NCBI GenBank assembly: GCA_013265495.1
Contig: MU058221.1
Coordinates: 1,984,001 to 2,048,000 of the forward strand
Direction of reading: 5' to 3'
Source: Vicugna vicugna
Taxonomy: Eukaryota
DNA length: 64,000 nucleotides
The translations under genes were made by a program, and so were the position numbers. The notes beneath the pieces are model-generated. The model was not told where the DNA came from, searched no databases, and saw only the letters and a list, made by a program, of their open reading frames with translations. Of this stretch, positions 50,074 through 64,000 are shown piece by piece. Positions within the stretch are counted from its first letter, which is position 1, and each line of letters starts with the position of its first letter.

Positions 50074-53000
50074 AAATACTTGATTTTCTCCTCTTTTTGA
50101 TATTAAGTCCTTACACGGGAGTTACCTCTGTGTGACTCACAGTAATAGTTAAATTCATTGGTGCATTTAAAATCATAGGATTTAAAGCCGAAAGTGATTC
50201 CGGAAATAAGCCGACACCCAGACATGAAGTAACTTTTGAGAATGAAGCCAGCCAGTGCCTTTTCATGGTACACCGTGCACTTTCTTACACCGTTGACAAC
50301 GTATTTTGTGTATGAATTTACCTGAAGAATCAAAATACAAAATGAAGTCTCACTGTGCCCTTTTCTGTCTGTTCAGAGAATATCACTAGTGAAAACTACC
50401 TTAATTCATGGTTTATTCATGAGATTCAAGGATTAATACATTTGGGTGGTTTCCATGGTGATACTACAATGTTGCAATAAGTTGCTCATTCATCTTTGTC
50501 AGAGGATTAACATTGTGTGAACAGTAAAAGATGCACTAAAAGCAAATGATGGGAAATCCAAAAAGCTTGTTTATTTGATCAGCTTTAGGTATAGTATGAT
50601 TAACTTGTTCCCAAGTATTTTTCTTTTTTTATTTTTCAGTTACGTTCATACCAATCCCCATTTTAACTTTTGTATGATATTTTTCTTGCCTTGAAAAATG
50701 TTTCAGTTTATCTGTCTATAATAGAAGTTTTTGATGGTGAAAAATGACCTGAAACACCATAACTTTATTTAGAACCTCTGTATCTTTCCTTGTTAAAGAC
50801 AAAAGTAACACATGTTAAAAATAGAATTTGAATACAATGAAGTTATGAGTTGGGAATTTACCTTTATGACATTACTTGAAAGACTATAAAATATTGTTTT
50901 ACAAATATGATTTCATCCCCTAATATTAACGTTTCTTGAATTGCGTGTTTTTTTTTATGTTTGATGTACATGTATCAAAATAGTTAATTACGTTTCAAGT
51001 ACTTCTTTGAATTGATGGTGGATTACTTGGCGGTTACTGCGTTTGCCACTTCTGAAATCGGAGTTTAATAGACTAGTATGTAGTCTGGAGGTAGCTTTGG
51101 GATGATTGTAACATTTTGACGCCTGCCACCAGATGGGAGCGATGTTCTTTCTATTGTGAAGCCAGCTGTGTTGGCCAAATTTTGAAACTTGAGTAATGTT
51201 TGGAGCCCTTTTAAACCCAAAACCCAAACGCAGAACAAACAAACAAAACCCACCCAAATCCTAGAATGGACGTAGTATGAATGTGGAATTATGTATGCAC
51301 ATGTTTTTCTTCCTAAACACGTTTACAAAGTAAGTAGCAAAACATAAAAACACAAAATTATAACTGACAGTAATTGAATGGATGGTGTTTTGCTGACATG
51401 AAATTATTGCACATGGCATGTATGTGGTGGTGACGGCTCCAGCTCAGGGTCTTCTGTGTTTGGCAAACACTCACACCGTGTGCCGTGTGATGACGTGATA
51501 ACGTCAACTCCCTCCACACCTTTGGGACCGGCTACCGCAAATCACAAGTGTGAGTGCGCCCTGGCATCATTTCAGCTTTCTCTCTCTTTTTTTTTTAGCA
51601 TAAATATACTCACAGTTAACAGGAAGCGTTTGCCTCTGGTCCCTTCTCCTTTGCCTGGGGTAAGCAAGTTAAGTAGTAAGACGTGGTGATGCTTTTAGAA
51701 CCGGCACTAAGTATGTTGAGATGTTAAGAATGACACAACTGACTTGTCTTCCATCAAAAATACTCACTTTCAAAAATTTCCGGTTTAAACACAGTGATTA
51801 TTGTATGAATGCTAATGAAAGAAATCCCACTTGGTAGAAGAGAAGAGGGAAGTTTTAGGGACTGTGAAGTGGGTGCTGTACAGGCTGCCTCAGTTTATCA
51901 ATTTCTTGTTCTTAATGGAAAAGGAGCTTTGAGGCGTCTCCGCCCTGCTCACCAGTCCTGGCTCCTTCTACATGTAATTCTTTGGGGGTCACCATAAAGG
52001 TGGTCCGAGCAGTTGAACTAAACTTCCCCAACTACTCTCATTAGAACCTTCTTTGCTTGGAACAACCCTCACTGCTCTGGTCTTAGAGCCCTTCTCCATT
52101 AGGATGGAAGGGACCACAGGTAATAATCCAGAACCTCTAACAAGAAAGGGGGAAAGGCTCTGATGTGTCTTGAGTGGTTACCGTGTGCCTGACGCTGCCC
52201 TGGGTGTTTCCGGAAGCCTTCATGGCTCCTGGCGCCAGCGTGGTCAAGTCAGGATTACTTTCTTCACCTTGCAGATGAAGGAAAGGGGAGACTTAGATCA
52301 CATCATGGAAGACCTAACGTGAAGTAGCCAGACCGCGTGAATATGCAGCTCCTGAGGGAAACATTAGCTGAAGATACTGAAATGTAAACTGCTCGTCCAT
52401 CAGCCAGCCACGAAGAATGTGCAGAAAAGGGAGGAGAGGGAAGGAATAACCTGCAGGTGTGGGAAGGGAGGGACTCCCAACATTAGACAGACAGAGGGAG
52501 AGGAGCAGGCAGAAGATAACTGAATACACGTTTACAGTCAGGCATTTGTTCCTTTGTTCCTGAACTGCATCAGCTGATTCTTCCCTGTACCAGCTGTTTC
52601 CTGACACGCAAGAACGACGCAGACAAATTCCTTAACGCTGCAGTGAATAAGTGAAACTAAAGCCCGTTTTCCCTCTTAAATGGTTAATGCGTGTGACGGC
52701 CTCAACTTACTAATAAGTCTTTTATTTTGTTTGGCCATAACCTCAAGCCTTAAAAGAATTTTTTTTTCTTGCGTTTCCGTTTCAGTGACTACTCACAGCC
52801 ACTTTAAATGGGAAAATGGAAACTAAAGTAAATTTAAAAAGTAATGTCATGGAAGAACAATGATTTTTATGTTCTTGAAACAGGACAATTAACGAAATCT
52901 TATGCATATTAATTCAAGGAGAAATCGTAGGAGAGAAAGATGGCAGGAGGCTAACTAACAAAATTACTCATGACCACTTCGGACACAGTGGAACTGCTGT

Positions 53001-53249
53001 CTGAGCTGGAGACCGAAGAAACCGACTGCACCAAGGACGCTCCTGTGAGGCCCCAGAACCGCACTTTCTCAGGAAGCCCTGCACGAGCAAACTGATCGCA
53101 GCTTGTCGGGGAGCTGAGGGGAAGGACTGGGGCGTGTGAACACACCTGCTTTTCCATTTCTTGTCGTCCTGTTGACAGCACAGAAGGTGTGCTTCGTTTC
53201 CACACAATTGAGAAGCAAGAAGGCTGTCCTCAGACCTGCCTCCCTCTCT

Positions 53250-53990
53250 CCAGCTCTTGCTGCTGAAGTCCTGATTCGAAACCCACGTCCCTTCTCACGA
53301 GGACTAGTGTAGTCACTTCCTGAATAATCCACGAGTCCCACTTCTGCTAACTCCCTCTGTACCCTCTAAACAACAGTCAGAGTGATCATCGAGAGTGATG
53401 TGGGATCTGAACATAATATTCCCCTGCATAAGAATGTGCCATTGTTCCCATAGCATTGTAGCGTAAAATTAAAACTTCTTACCATGTCTTTACGTGCCCC
53501 CTGCTACAAGCTAGTGCTGTAAACTGCTGTATCTAGTACCGGTGGACCTTTAATTACCGTGCTCAAGCCACGGAGCCCTTCTTTCAGCTGCTTGGGTGGC
53601 CTGAGTTCTCCTTGGCCTCAGGGCCTTTGCACACGCTGCTCCTTCTGCGTAGGGTGACGCCAACCTTCTGACACTCCAGCTGGCTTCCTTGCATCTTTCA
53701 TCTCCTGTTTTATCATTTCTCTGATGTTGCGGAGGACTTTCCTATCTTTTTTTTTTTTAAAGTACATGCCTCTTGCCCTACCTTCTCTGTGCTTTATCTG
53801 TTCCTTCCCAGAGCATTTACTACTATTTCTGATTGTCTTACGTGTTTATTTGTGTGCGTTTTGTCTGACTCCTCCGCTAGGTGGGACACTCCATGACGAT
53901 GGGGATGATGTCCGTCTGGTTCACACATACAATCCCAGTACCTTGGAAATAGAAAATACTTGATAAATATTTGTTGAATGACTAAACAAA
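53250..53990 (+). mobile_element. L2 LINE 3' remnant
   Basis: gcctcagggcctttgcacacgctgctcc and the tail ttgataaatatttgttgaatga. Confidence 0.75.
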
Positions 53991-54639
53991 CACCCCTCCT
54001 TCAAAAGAAATGCACTTTGTGTATATTTTTTGCCTGCCTTATTCTTCTAACTAAAATTAGTGATTAATAGAATGTAATTATGTGTTGCAGTGGTTTTATG
54101 AAGATGTTGACAACTATAACAATTATTATTATGGGACTTTATGGATGAAAATACCCATTAGCTTTTTAACAATATGTATCAATGTTTTGATACCTAGGGA
54201 CCAAACTAAGAAACAATGTTTTATTTTTTTGTATTGAAATTTATAGTATTTTATCTTTATAATAAAAGGCATAGTGTAAGTATATATAACATATATTGTA
54301 ACGTGTATTTATATATGTACATGTAGAGAAAATTACTGTCTTTCACATGTACTATAAATGAATTTTTATACTTTCTTTAGCAAAATAATTTTTCTTGACC
54401 TTTTATTCAGGTTAAACCCACCGTTTCAATTATCAGTGTTCTAACAGATTCAGGGGCTTTGAATATAATCTCGGGCAAAATGGTCTTTATTAGAATTTCT
54501 CAAAACATTGCAAACTTCCTGTTATTCAAACTGGCATGGAACGTAGGTGCTGCACACAGCCAGCATCATTCTTGGGCCGCTTTAAGTTGACCCTCCACAC
54601 TTGTCCTCCCTTGAGCACCTGCTGACCCTGGCCGCCCAC

Positions 54640-54800
54640 TTCAATAAATAGAAGTTTGAGACACCCAGGTCAGCTTGAGTTTCAGATAAACAGCAGATCG
54701 TTGTGTGGTCTTACGTCCCATGAAATACTTGAGCCATGCCTAAGCTGAAAATGTTTGTTGTTGTTATTCTGAAACAAGAATCGATTTCACTGCTGATTTG
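54640..54800. mobile_element. MER53-like palindromic DNA transposon
   Basis: acacccaggtcagcttgagtttcagataaacagc with partner arm ttgttgttattctgaaa. Confidence 0.55.
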
Positions 54801-55580
54801 TGAATTCTAGATGAGGTCAGTCTTAGCGCCTCAAGTTATGACGTTAGCAACGTAGGAAAGAATGAGCAGGGTCTGTCAGTCCTGTTTCCTAGAGCAGGTT
54901 TTGAGCCCTTCACTTTGGATTAAGTACAGATTCTTCTACAAGACCTTTTCTTGTTTGTCTTTTTTGCTTCCTTCCTCATCCCTCCTGTCTCTATTTCTAC
55001 CCGCCGTCCACAAAGACCTCCTCTCAATCTCTGGAACTCCGTGGCGTCTCCTGTCACGTGTGCTTGGACATTCTCTTCCCTTGGACGGGCTGGTACCCAT
55101 GCATCGTCCAGTTCTTGTGCTGGAGGTTGCCTTCTTCAGCGTTTTGGTTACGCACCAGACTGAGCTCGGTCTCCTTCCCAGAGCATCCTCTCCTTCCCCT
55201 GCCGCGGGCCATCCTGCAGTGTTGCAATCCCTGGTTGTGTGTGTGTGTGTGTGTGTGTTTTAGCACGCACGCGTGCTTGCGTGGGATATCTTTGTCACTC
55301 ACAAGACCGTAAGTCTCGTTCTCTGCGTATCCTCGTCTTGGCCTGGCGTGCGGCGGTGATTTGGTATATTTGTGTTGAGTGACTGGAAGAGCGATGGTCT
55401 CTTGGCTGACGCAGTGAGGGCCCTCCTTCCTGACCGAGACTCTCTTCCTCTCTCACTCTTCACTAAGACACGACTCCAGGCTGAGGGGAGCTAGACACAG
55501 TTTTCTGGAGCAACTCAGTTGTAATTGTGCATTAGCTTATACTGTCTTTTGAAAGTATAGTTTACAAAATGAATGGGCTG

Positions 55581-55718
55581 GGGGAAGGTGTAGCTCAAAT
55601 GGTTGAGCGCAGGCTCAGCATGCACGAGGCCCTGGGCTCAGTCCTCGGCACCTCCATTAATGATAACAGTGATAAATGGGCGGACCTAATGACCTCCTCC
55701 CCCCAAACTTTTTTTTAA
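55581..55718 (+). mobile_element. Vic-1-like tRNA-derived SINE
   Basis: ggggaaggtgtagctcaaatggttgagcgc..gcatgcacgaggccctggg; imperfect flanking duplication atgaatgggctg / atgaacaggctg. Confidence 0.8.
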
Positions 55719-58700
55719 AAACATGAACAGGCTGAGAAGAATGTCATTTCTACTGGTCAGTCTTTTTCGAGTGATTGTGTGCTTTATCATTCTAAGAGTG
55801 TTGGTAACTGTGGCCATATTATTTTCTGGGCTTTGAAAAATGAATGGGAAAGTAGAAAATATGCTTGATTTTTTAAAGATCTGCAGCGTGGTAGTTCAGT
55901 TAAAAAAAAAGTTTAGATTACTTCAATATGATGTTATTACAAACCATAGCCGTTGTAAGTGTTCTGCGGGATGGGACCCTGTGGTAGTGGCTGAGATGGT
56001 CATTTCACCCTAAACTGAGGCTTTCAATGGCTACTTTAACACGAATTTACACTGTGGACTGAAACTTTTCCGGCTTGTTTCCATCCCCGAGGGGAATTTT
56101 ATAAAGAGATGAGACCACACTCCCTTCAGCTGACTCGTTCAGGCATGGTAAAGCATGGTAACACCGCCTTTCTCCCACGTATTAAACCTTTCAGAGTTTC
56201 TTGGTGGCTAGAGCATTTTTAAATGGTTTCCAAACTTCATCCTGCGCAGAGCATGTTTCCTCAGGAAGGACGGGGCAGTTGGTAGGCAGGCAGTTTAATG
56301 AAGCATTCTGAGATTTAAAGCCGAGGAGCATCGGAGGGAGCGGAAGTGTTAGCTGCGCCGCATCCATCGCGCCTGACGTGGGCGCCGGGAGGTGGCAGGT
56401 CTGCTTTGCTTTCTTCTGTCAGCAGCTCTGTTGTCAGTAGGTGGGGAGTTAATACCAGAACTAGGGACTGACTTTGACTTCACAGGCTGCTCTTAATACT
56501 CGAATTTCTGTATTTTTTGTCTTCACTCTGCCCATCATCAGCTTCCCCCTGGTCTCTTGGATTCCTATGAACCGTGAGCACCTGCTGGCACCCTTTGTCG
56601 GCTTCCTGGACTTGTCATCGCTGTCCAGAAGGGCGTGAATGATTGACAGCACGCGTAGGATGGTGCTCAGTGACTGCTGAGACCGGGGGTTGTTGGGTAT
56701 TGCTTTAAAAGTCTTTACTCAGGGGACTAGCAAGGGGGCCGATTAAAGGATATTCCAAGATCTGGCTGGGGGTGAGGTGCCTTCAGGAGTCAGAAATACT
56801 AGATAATAGAATTTAAAAAAGTCTACTTTGCTAAGATGTCTTTAAAACAGGTCCTGTGTGATTGGGATGTTGTGGCAGATCGCAGGGCGCTGTCCACACA
56901 CCTGTGCTTCTCCTCTCTGCTCGCCTTGACACCCCCCCCCCCAGGCTCACTGGGACAGGGCGTAGCATGGAATGTGAGTGGAGGGGCTTGTGCCTCTCCC
57001 GTCCTGCCCAGTACAGCCTCCCCTGTGTCTCCGTGGCTCTTCCCCTTTGCGAGGCTGGATGCAGGTGAGTCCACTGACCGTGGACACCACATGGGGAAGC
57101 TGGAGAACCCGGCCGATGGAAGGATGCTAGAGCTCCAGATGGCTGCTTGGAGTGCCCACGCCAGACGGGGACCTGGATGGGAGCAGGGAGGGGTGGCCAC
57201 TTCAGACCTGACATTCAAAATTCTATCGTGTTAAGCTACCAAAGTACTGAATATATTTGTTACAGCAACTGCATTCGCTGCCCTAGCTTCTTCAGTGCTA
57301 TAACGTACAGCTTAATGACCGTCTCGGACTTGAGGCAGATACTTACTTCTTAACTTACGTGAAAGTCCGAAGCTGACCACCCAGGAGGTGCGGATGCTGG
57401 GAGCTACCATGTTGCTCAGACATCCTGCCACCCACCTGTCATTCCCTGGGGCTTGTTCTTTGTGGAGCACCTGTCGCCACCATGGTCATGCTTTGGCTAA
57501 TCAAGGTGGGGGGCGGGGAAGAAGTACAGAGCTAGCGTGTTCTTACTTTTAGGGTGGGATCTAGCTATCGCATGCACCTTGTCCACGCGCATCTCAGCAG
57601 GGACGTAGTCGCGTAGCTTCCAGAACGGCGTGCACTTGATGGTTCTGTCCCCCCGTGGAGGAAGGCAGAGCGGGTGGTGTGGGGCTTTTAGCCATGTCTG
57701 TTGCATCCGTGCTTGCAACTGGTGTCTGAGGACGTGACACCTGTGGGCTGATGGCATCAAACTTTTCTTCGGCCGCTCAACCCCGAGGCCCACTCCAGCA
57801 GTGCTCAGTGCCTCATCAGCCACATTCACTTCCTGCCTGTTCCGTTTAGACCTCGCTCCCGTCCTGAGAGTCTCAGTGACCCGGTCGTGGCTGTGCGGTG
57901 AAAGCAAATGCCACCGCAGATTTTAAAGTGCACACGTGGGGAAAACTACTTGCCCCAGACCAGACACACACGTACAGCCTGTGTGTATTCTTGCGGTTGC
58001 CCCTTACGTGTTCATCTGTCTCCTGAAATGAGCTGAAGCAGCTTTGAAAGGCTCTGAGGGTAAGAATTGTTTTTGGAGGGGACACTCCAACATCAGGCTT
58101 ACTTTTTTCTGTTAAGAACATTTATTAATTTCATGTAATTCATAACGGCCAAAGGAAAAAATGAGAAGTTGCAATCTCTCCAGATTAAAATCTTCTGGTG
58201 CGCTGACCACCTTGGATTTAGGCTTCCTGCATTTGGATGAAAAAGGATGGTTCATTTATTTCTTTTATTCTGCCAGTAATTCTAAAGATTGGAAGGTGAT
58301 AAAGTGATGAGCAGCATGGGACTGGTCGTAAGGAAATGCTGTGGGAACACAGAGAGGGGAGGCTAACGTTTGTTCCAGGCTTAGATTTAAAGCAGAAGAG
58401 AATTTTAAGGCTGTCTTTTCTCTCGTGTGCTCTGAGAGTTTGATGGGCCTTGTTTCATCCAGCAGAAATATTGTATCACAGGTGAGGACTGATAGTTGAG
58501 AATATTTTATCCTTAAAGTCGGCGCTGTGAATTAGAATTATAACTCCCCGTTTTTATCTGTGCAGCCGCTCTTTCCTGCTCTTTGTGTCTGACCGGGCTT
58601 GCTTCGCTTCGTGTAGATTGCTTTTCTTTCCCCTTACAACACAGCGCACTTCAGGACCCCGTCCATAGGGGTGGGTTCTTAACCGCCACCCAGGTTCTGA

Positions 58701-61700
58701 TGACCAGTTGTGCTGTGATTTCCCCAGAGCACAGTCCTGCCTTCCTGTTCTAACCCCACCCGGTGTTCCACACACAGCCACGGCTAGAATCCGTTGAGTC
58801 CGCTCTCATGGGAAGTAACTGTCTCTCTGAAATGTACTTGTGTAGATAAGATGATGAACTGGGTACCAGACACGGTGCATGAGTTGGAGGCATCACAGGC
58901 CAGGGCACAGGACGTTCTGGAGGGGCGCCCTCTGCAGGAGGCGTGTGCGTCAAGGTCTCTGTGTTTACTCTCTGCTAATAAACTTGTAACCTTTGGAAAG
59001 TTACTCAGGTTTTTTTTAATATGAAATGAGAGCATTGTATATTTCCCATATAGTATCTGATGATTTCCGCAGTGGCGTAGCTCAAAACCTGCTAACTCTG
59101 GTGGTCGTGTTCGTGCTTTAGAGTAGTTCCTCTTGGGCCTTTGTAAGTGTTTTTGGCCTTTTGTAAACTTGTGGGAGGTTATTAACGCAGGAACATTTGA
59201 CTTTTTCTTCCCATTTTTTTTAAATTGAAAAAATTTTTCCTGCTATGTCTTTATGTTCATACTCAGAGAATGAGAGTTTATGTTTCAAATGAATTTCCAA
59301 CAGTTTGCCTTTTCCTAGAGGACTTTATTTATTCTTCTTCTTCTTGCCATTTAGCATTTATTTGGAGTCCTTTTGAATAAATGTTTCTTCCATTGAAACC
59401 CTGGGATGGGAGCTTGTTGACTTGTAAGTGAGAACCTGTAGTCTGTACCTAATAGAATCTGGCAGAAATGGGTTCAGTGCATCCCAGGAAGGGATACAGA
59501 AGGTAAATTCTCAGGGTGGGTCTACAGTTTCCCATATATGCCATGTTCTTCTGCAACATGAGTTGCACCCTTGTGTGCGAATAGCAAGCTCTTTCATTAC
59601 CAGCTATTCGTGTGGAAGCGCAGTCAGTCTTCGCATACTGAGTGGTTCCTGGATGTTGAGTTATTTCCAGAAGACTCAGATGAACGTACTCAGGTTTGCA
59701 CAGCAAATTAAGCACATCCATGAAAACCGTAGAAGGGAGGGATTAAACCTTTATGCATGATTTGTAGAATTTCAACTCACCATACGTTATTCCGAAATTT
59801 TTCACCGACTATAATTCATAATAGTAAAAATTTGAGCGTCTTTCTCTTTTCTCTCAGTTTAGAAAAACATGGACACTCTTTCCCTTGTTCGTTTCTAGCC
59901 AGGTGGACTTTCAACAGTTTAGTGATACAAGCCATTTCAGATGAGCTTTTTAAATTCTCTGTTAGTTAGAGAAGGTTCCTAACTTCTATTTATGCTCTTA
60001 CATCAGTGAATGAGAGTGTCAGTTTTCTCACTGACATTCAGCACGACTTTGAATCCAGGTCCCAGGGAGTAAGAACCTACTCCTTGAATGTTCCTTTATT
60101 TACTCATTAAAATGTTCCACTTAGTCTTCTCACAAAGGACATGCGTCTTTTGGAACTAGTGAGCCTTCTCATTGTTACCATGTTCCCCTCCCGTGACTTC
60201 ACCTTCTCATCAAAAAAAATAAATAAACAAAAACATTTGCCATTGACAATAAACAACACAGTGTTACCAGGTTGAGTGACAGAAATACAGACACAGAATA
60301 TAGCTGTTTCAGAACATAGATACAGCCACAGTCTGCACATGGCGCGTTTGTTTTTGGAGCATGAGACGTGGCACCTTGGTACCACCGTTCGTTGTGATGT
60401 TCTAGATCTGTACATAGCACCGTATCGTCGTTTAAGCCGAAGTCCCCAGCGAGGTGAAGGGAGGGGCGCAGGAGCTCTGACCGTGGGGACTAGGTCGTCA
60501 CGTCGAGGTGGGGTTGGGATGCAGCGGTGTGTGACCCCGGCCTTCAGCCCCCGCCTGGTGATCTCAGCACACTGGCGATGCGCAGGTGGTACCTGACATT
60601 GGGGTCTGCGGGCAGATCCTGGTGCCATTTGGAAGCACGGATACATTCTGAAATAGTTAATAATTTCATCTTATCTTAGATACAAGCCCACCGGCAGAAT
60701 ATTGTTAATCATGGCGTTAACGAGGCCACTGTGATGATAGCTCTTAAGCCTGTTAAAGGACAGCAACAGAAGAACATTTGGTTAACAGAGTCAAATACCT
60801 AGTAGTTGAAACCATCAAGTGCAAATGTTTTATGTGCCCCTCTGTTAGCTTCCACTGTACTGTAGTATGTTGGAAGAAAATAGAATGTGGTCTTTTGAGT
60901 TGGTCTCATCTCTTAATGGTCTGTATAAATACATCAATGAACGTAGCGCCTTCGCAGTATCTGTGTCTCCCCGGTTCTGGGGCCTTACTTTTCCCACCTG
61001 TGAGTGCTGTAGTAGATATTTTAAAATTTCTCAGTATCTATATAATCTTAATTTTAAAAATAGTAATTAATATCTGTATTTTTGGTAAAAATGATTTGAC
61101 ACAACGGATTTTTTTCCTCCTTTTTCAGTTTTATTAGGTAGAATTCCCACAGTCCGACTGCACATACGCATTATATTGCATGTAAATACATATAGACAGT
61201 ATACGGCCCTTTTTTTCCCGTTTACATATATGACACAGTGGTTTTTGACAATTTGAGTTTGGTTAATCGAAGCCAAGATTTGCGGTTAGTGCTTTTGGCC
61301 TCAGATCTTGTATTTATTTGTGACTTCATCATGTTCTGTCTGCTTATGTTTTGGAGATTAATTTTGATTTCAAGATGCCTCATGTTTACCTCCTGCCTTA
61401 GTTTGTAGTTCATGTTTCTTTTTCCACACCAACATGGAAGACTGTAAACAAGGTTTTTTTTTCATATTTTTTGGCAACATTTTAAACGACACAGCAATAG
61501 ATGGAGCTGAAAATGGAAATGTGTGTAAGTGCGACCTGCTCCCCCTGCTCGCACCCCCTAAGAAGGAGAAACTTCACTGCTGGCTGCTCACAGCACAGAC
61601 TGAGGTGGTGGATGAGCAGGGCTGCGGCGAGCCTGTGGGTGAGATGGTGCCTTGAGAGGTGCTGCCCCGTGAGGTCTGTCCTCTGGGAGCGGGTGTTGTT

Positions 61701-62054
61701 GCTCGGGTGATAGCACGTCTTTATACTGTTGATGTGAAATAGTAATAACCTGCCAGATACTTCTCTAGTGAAGATGAGGCCAGCCGAGAAGTGCATTGGA
61801 GTCCGCAGCCATGGCAAGCCAAGTGGAAGTCCCCCCAGGGCAGGGGAGCGAGAACCCTTTCGTTACATGGGGGAAAGGCAGTCGGGAGGGCGGTAGTGAA
61901 CACTCTGCCAGGAAAGAGAGGGGCCTTTCTCAGAACTTCCTGCTGGGCTGTGTTACCATCACGGGTAACGAGAGCTCCCCCTTCTGGTCTCCCAACTCTA
62001 TTAAACTGATGTTTCTGTTTATTAATGTCACAGTATTTACTGTGTTAAAATGCC

Positions 62055-62623
62055 ATGTCAGGGAGAAGGAGAATCTCCTCCACCCTTTAGGTTCTTTTGG
62101 CTGGTCTAAGAATTAAAATGACACGAGACAGATAAACCGGAGAAAATCAAAGTTTAATAACAGATACACACGGCAGAGACCCAGGAGCACTGGGACCCAG
62201 GAGTAACCTGCACAGATGGCCAAAACCCTTGCCATAAACACCAGCTTCCGCTGAAAACGAAAGACGTTGGGGGTAGTGGTTTGAGACTTCAGAGGGGAGG
62301 AAGGCAGTTCACGTGGAGACGGAAAAGCAGCTGTCCCATGAGCAAATGTTTGCTGGGCCGAGCAGAGACGAGGGGACACAGAGTGGTCTCTGGTCTTCGG
62401 TGGCCACCCAGAGCTTCCCCTGGCACGCCCAGCCCACGTCCTCTGCAGATGTCTCTGGCGACAGCCCCATTCCAGGAACAGGCCTTCCGTCTGAATTCCT
62501 GTAGGCCATCAGGGGGACGGTCAGAGTTTCTGCCTGAGTCTTTTGAGCCTTGACTGTTTTTAACCTCAAAATAATCCACACGCTAAAGAGGTGTTTTGGG
62601 GTGGCAAGTTCTGTTCCCCTGAA
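62055..62623 (-). mobile_element. Solo ERV1 LTR (MER34-like)
   Basis: Reverse strand begins tcaggggaacagaacttgccaccccaaaacacctctttagcgtgtggattattttgagg, resembling recalled MER34-family LTR starts. Confidence 0.6.
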
Positions 62624-62784
62624 GCTGCAAGGAGCAGGAAGCCGAAAGCAGGGAAGCCTCCATGGGGGCCACGGCTAGATTACGTGGTCAGTATTTTTAT
62701 TACGTTCAACTCGTATAGCTCTGACAAGTGAGGCCTGGAGAGCATTCTGTACTTTCACACTAGTCCTGTGTTCAAGTCCCTGAG

Positions 62785-62912
62785 CGCTAGAACATGAAAA
62801 GAAATATACATAAACATGTACATGTACGTGTGTGTATATCTGAATCACTGTGCTGCACACTAGAAGTGAACACATTATAAACCGACCTAAAATAAAAAAA
62901 GATAAAAAAAAA
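62785..62912 (+). mobile_element. Short L1 3' terminus with A tail
   Basis: ctgaatcactgtgctgcacactagaagtgaacacatt followed by an A-rich tail. Confidence 0.7.
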
Positions 62913-64000
62913 GTCAGAGTCCTTTTTTCCCATTCGCTGTGCCAGTGGAGACTCCTTTCCACCCATGTGTCTGTCTTGAAAAAGGTCTGAGAAGATGACA
63001 AGAAGCTCTGGTCAGTAAAGCATGTGGTTTTGAGTTAGATATTTTCAGAAAAGAAAGAAGAGACAACATTCTGAAGAAAGCAGGAAGTCAAGGTTAAACT
63101 TTAAAATTTATCTTTGAAAAAGGAACGGGTTTGCAGCCCTTTTGAGTGCCAGGAGAAGCAGTGGGAAACAAGCGTGGTGATGTCTTGGAACCTCGTAGTG
63201 CTTGGCACGTGGTGAACGCGTGCTGCAGCTTCGCTGCCGTCAGGAGAAGATGCGTGTGGTTTCTGGTGTGCGTTTAGGATAAACGAGATCCAAGGGCAAC
63301 GTGAGAGGCACCAGGTTTTCACAAATCTGATTCCTGGACGACTCTCCTCTTAGGCGCTGAGAGATGGAACTTCGTGTAGTGTGTGGGGGTCACGTGTGCG
63401 GTAGATGATTCTATCATATAAAGAGAAAATGCTTTCATTTTTGTGGGCAAACTAACCACACATGTGTGCATAGCCGGCGATAAATGAGCACAAAGCTGCA
63501 GAGTTAATTTACAGCTCAAAAGAGCAAATTCAGTTTTCTCTACACACACATTTTATGAGCTGAGCAGATAGTTATTTTCTACAACAAGCAAAACATGTTT
63601 TACAAGGTGATGGACATCAGAAGCCTCGGGCCAAGATTATCCTCCTCAGAGGTTAATAAAATCCTCGGCCCCTGTTGGGTTCTTGGGGTAAGCAGTTACT
63701 CAGCCATCACTGTAATGTATCCATTAGCCCTGGTTTGGTGAAAAGTTAGTAGGAAATATATTTCTGCAGAAAAAACCAAACCAGAGTTTTAGAAACCATT
63801 CCTGAACATTAACAATAATCACCAAAATTAAACCAAATGTGGTCAAGTTAAATAGAACAGAATAGGAACAGAAAAGGCCTTTTTACTTCATTCTAAGAGA
63901 ACGGCCATTTTTATAGAGATAGCATGAGTAAAGAAAAAAAGGCCTCACGATGGAAAATGAACTTTTTGAAAAATAGAAGCAGAATATTATTATCCTGTAT

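Noticed and set aside
42942..64000. Further CTNNA2 coding exons or nested coding genes
   Set aside because: No VTTLVNTSNKGPSGKKKG exon or other recognisable coding sequence found; listed ORFs look like repeat-derived or random intronic frames.
1..64000. CRISPR array, prokaryotic operon or foreign insert
   Set aside because: No regularly spaced repeat-spacer array or long gene-dense stretch; content is mammalian throughout.

Overview
Mammalian genomic DNA, most likely camelid (several tRNA-derived SINEs resembling Vic-1; no Alu, Bov-tA or PRE-1 seen), rich in L1, L2, MIR, MaLR and DNA-transposon relics. The only intact, recognisable coding exon is the first coding exon of CTNNA2 (alpha-N-catenin; exon 42835-42941, ATG 42840, + strand); its next exon is not in the window. 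The main discovery is a decayed, intron-containing pseudogene of the SLC15/POT (proton-coupled oligopeptide transporter) family on the minus strand at about 24740-33850. About 13 exon remnants with splice signals give POT motifs for TM1 to TM12 in the right order, with an exon layout unlike my recollection of SLC15A1-A5, so it may be a lost paralog. Its CpG-island promoter (about 33240-34640) is still CpG-rich, carries a 75-77 bp tandem duplication with GC boxes, and has + strand splice donors pointing at CTNNA2. A second CpG-rich promoter-like segment opens the window, and a chain of phase-compatible + strand exon-like segments (14.8-22.3 kb) may be another unrecognised gene. All family and repeat assignments come from reading by eye and recalled sequences; no searches were run.
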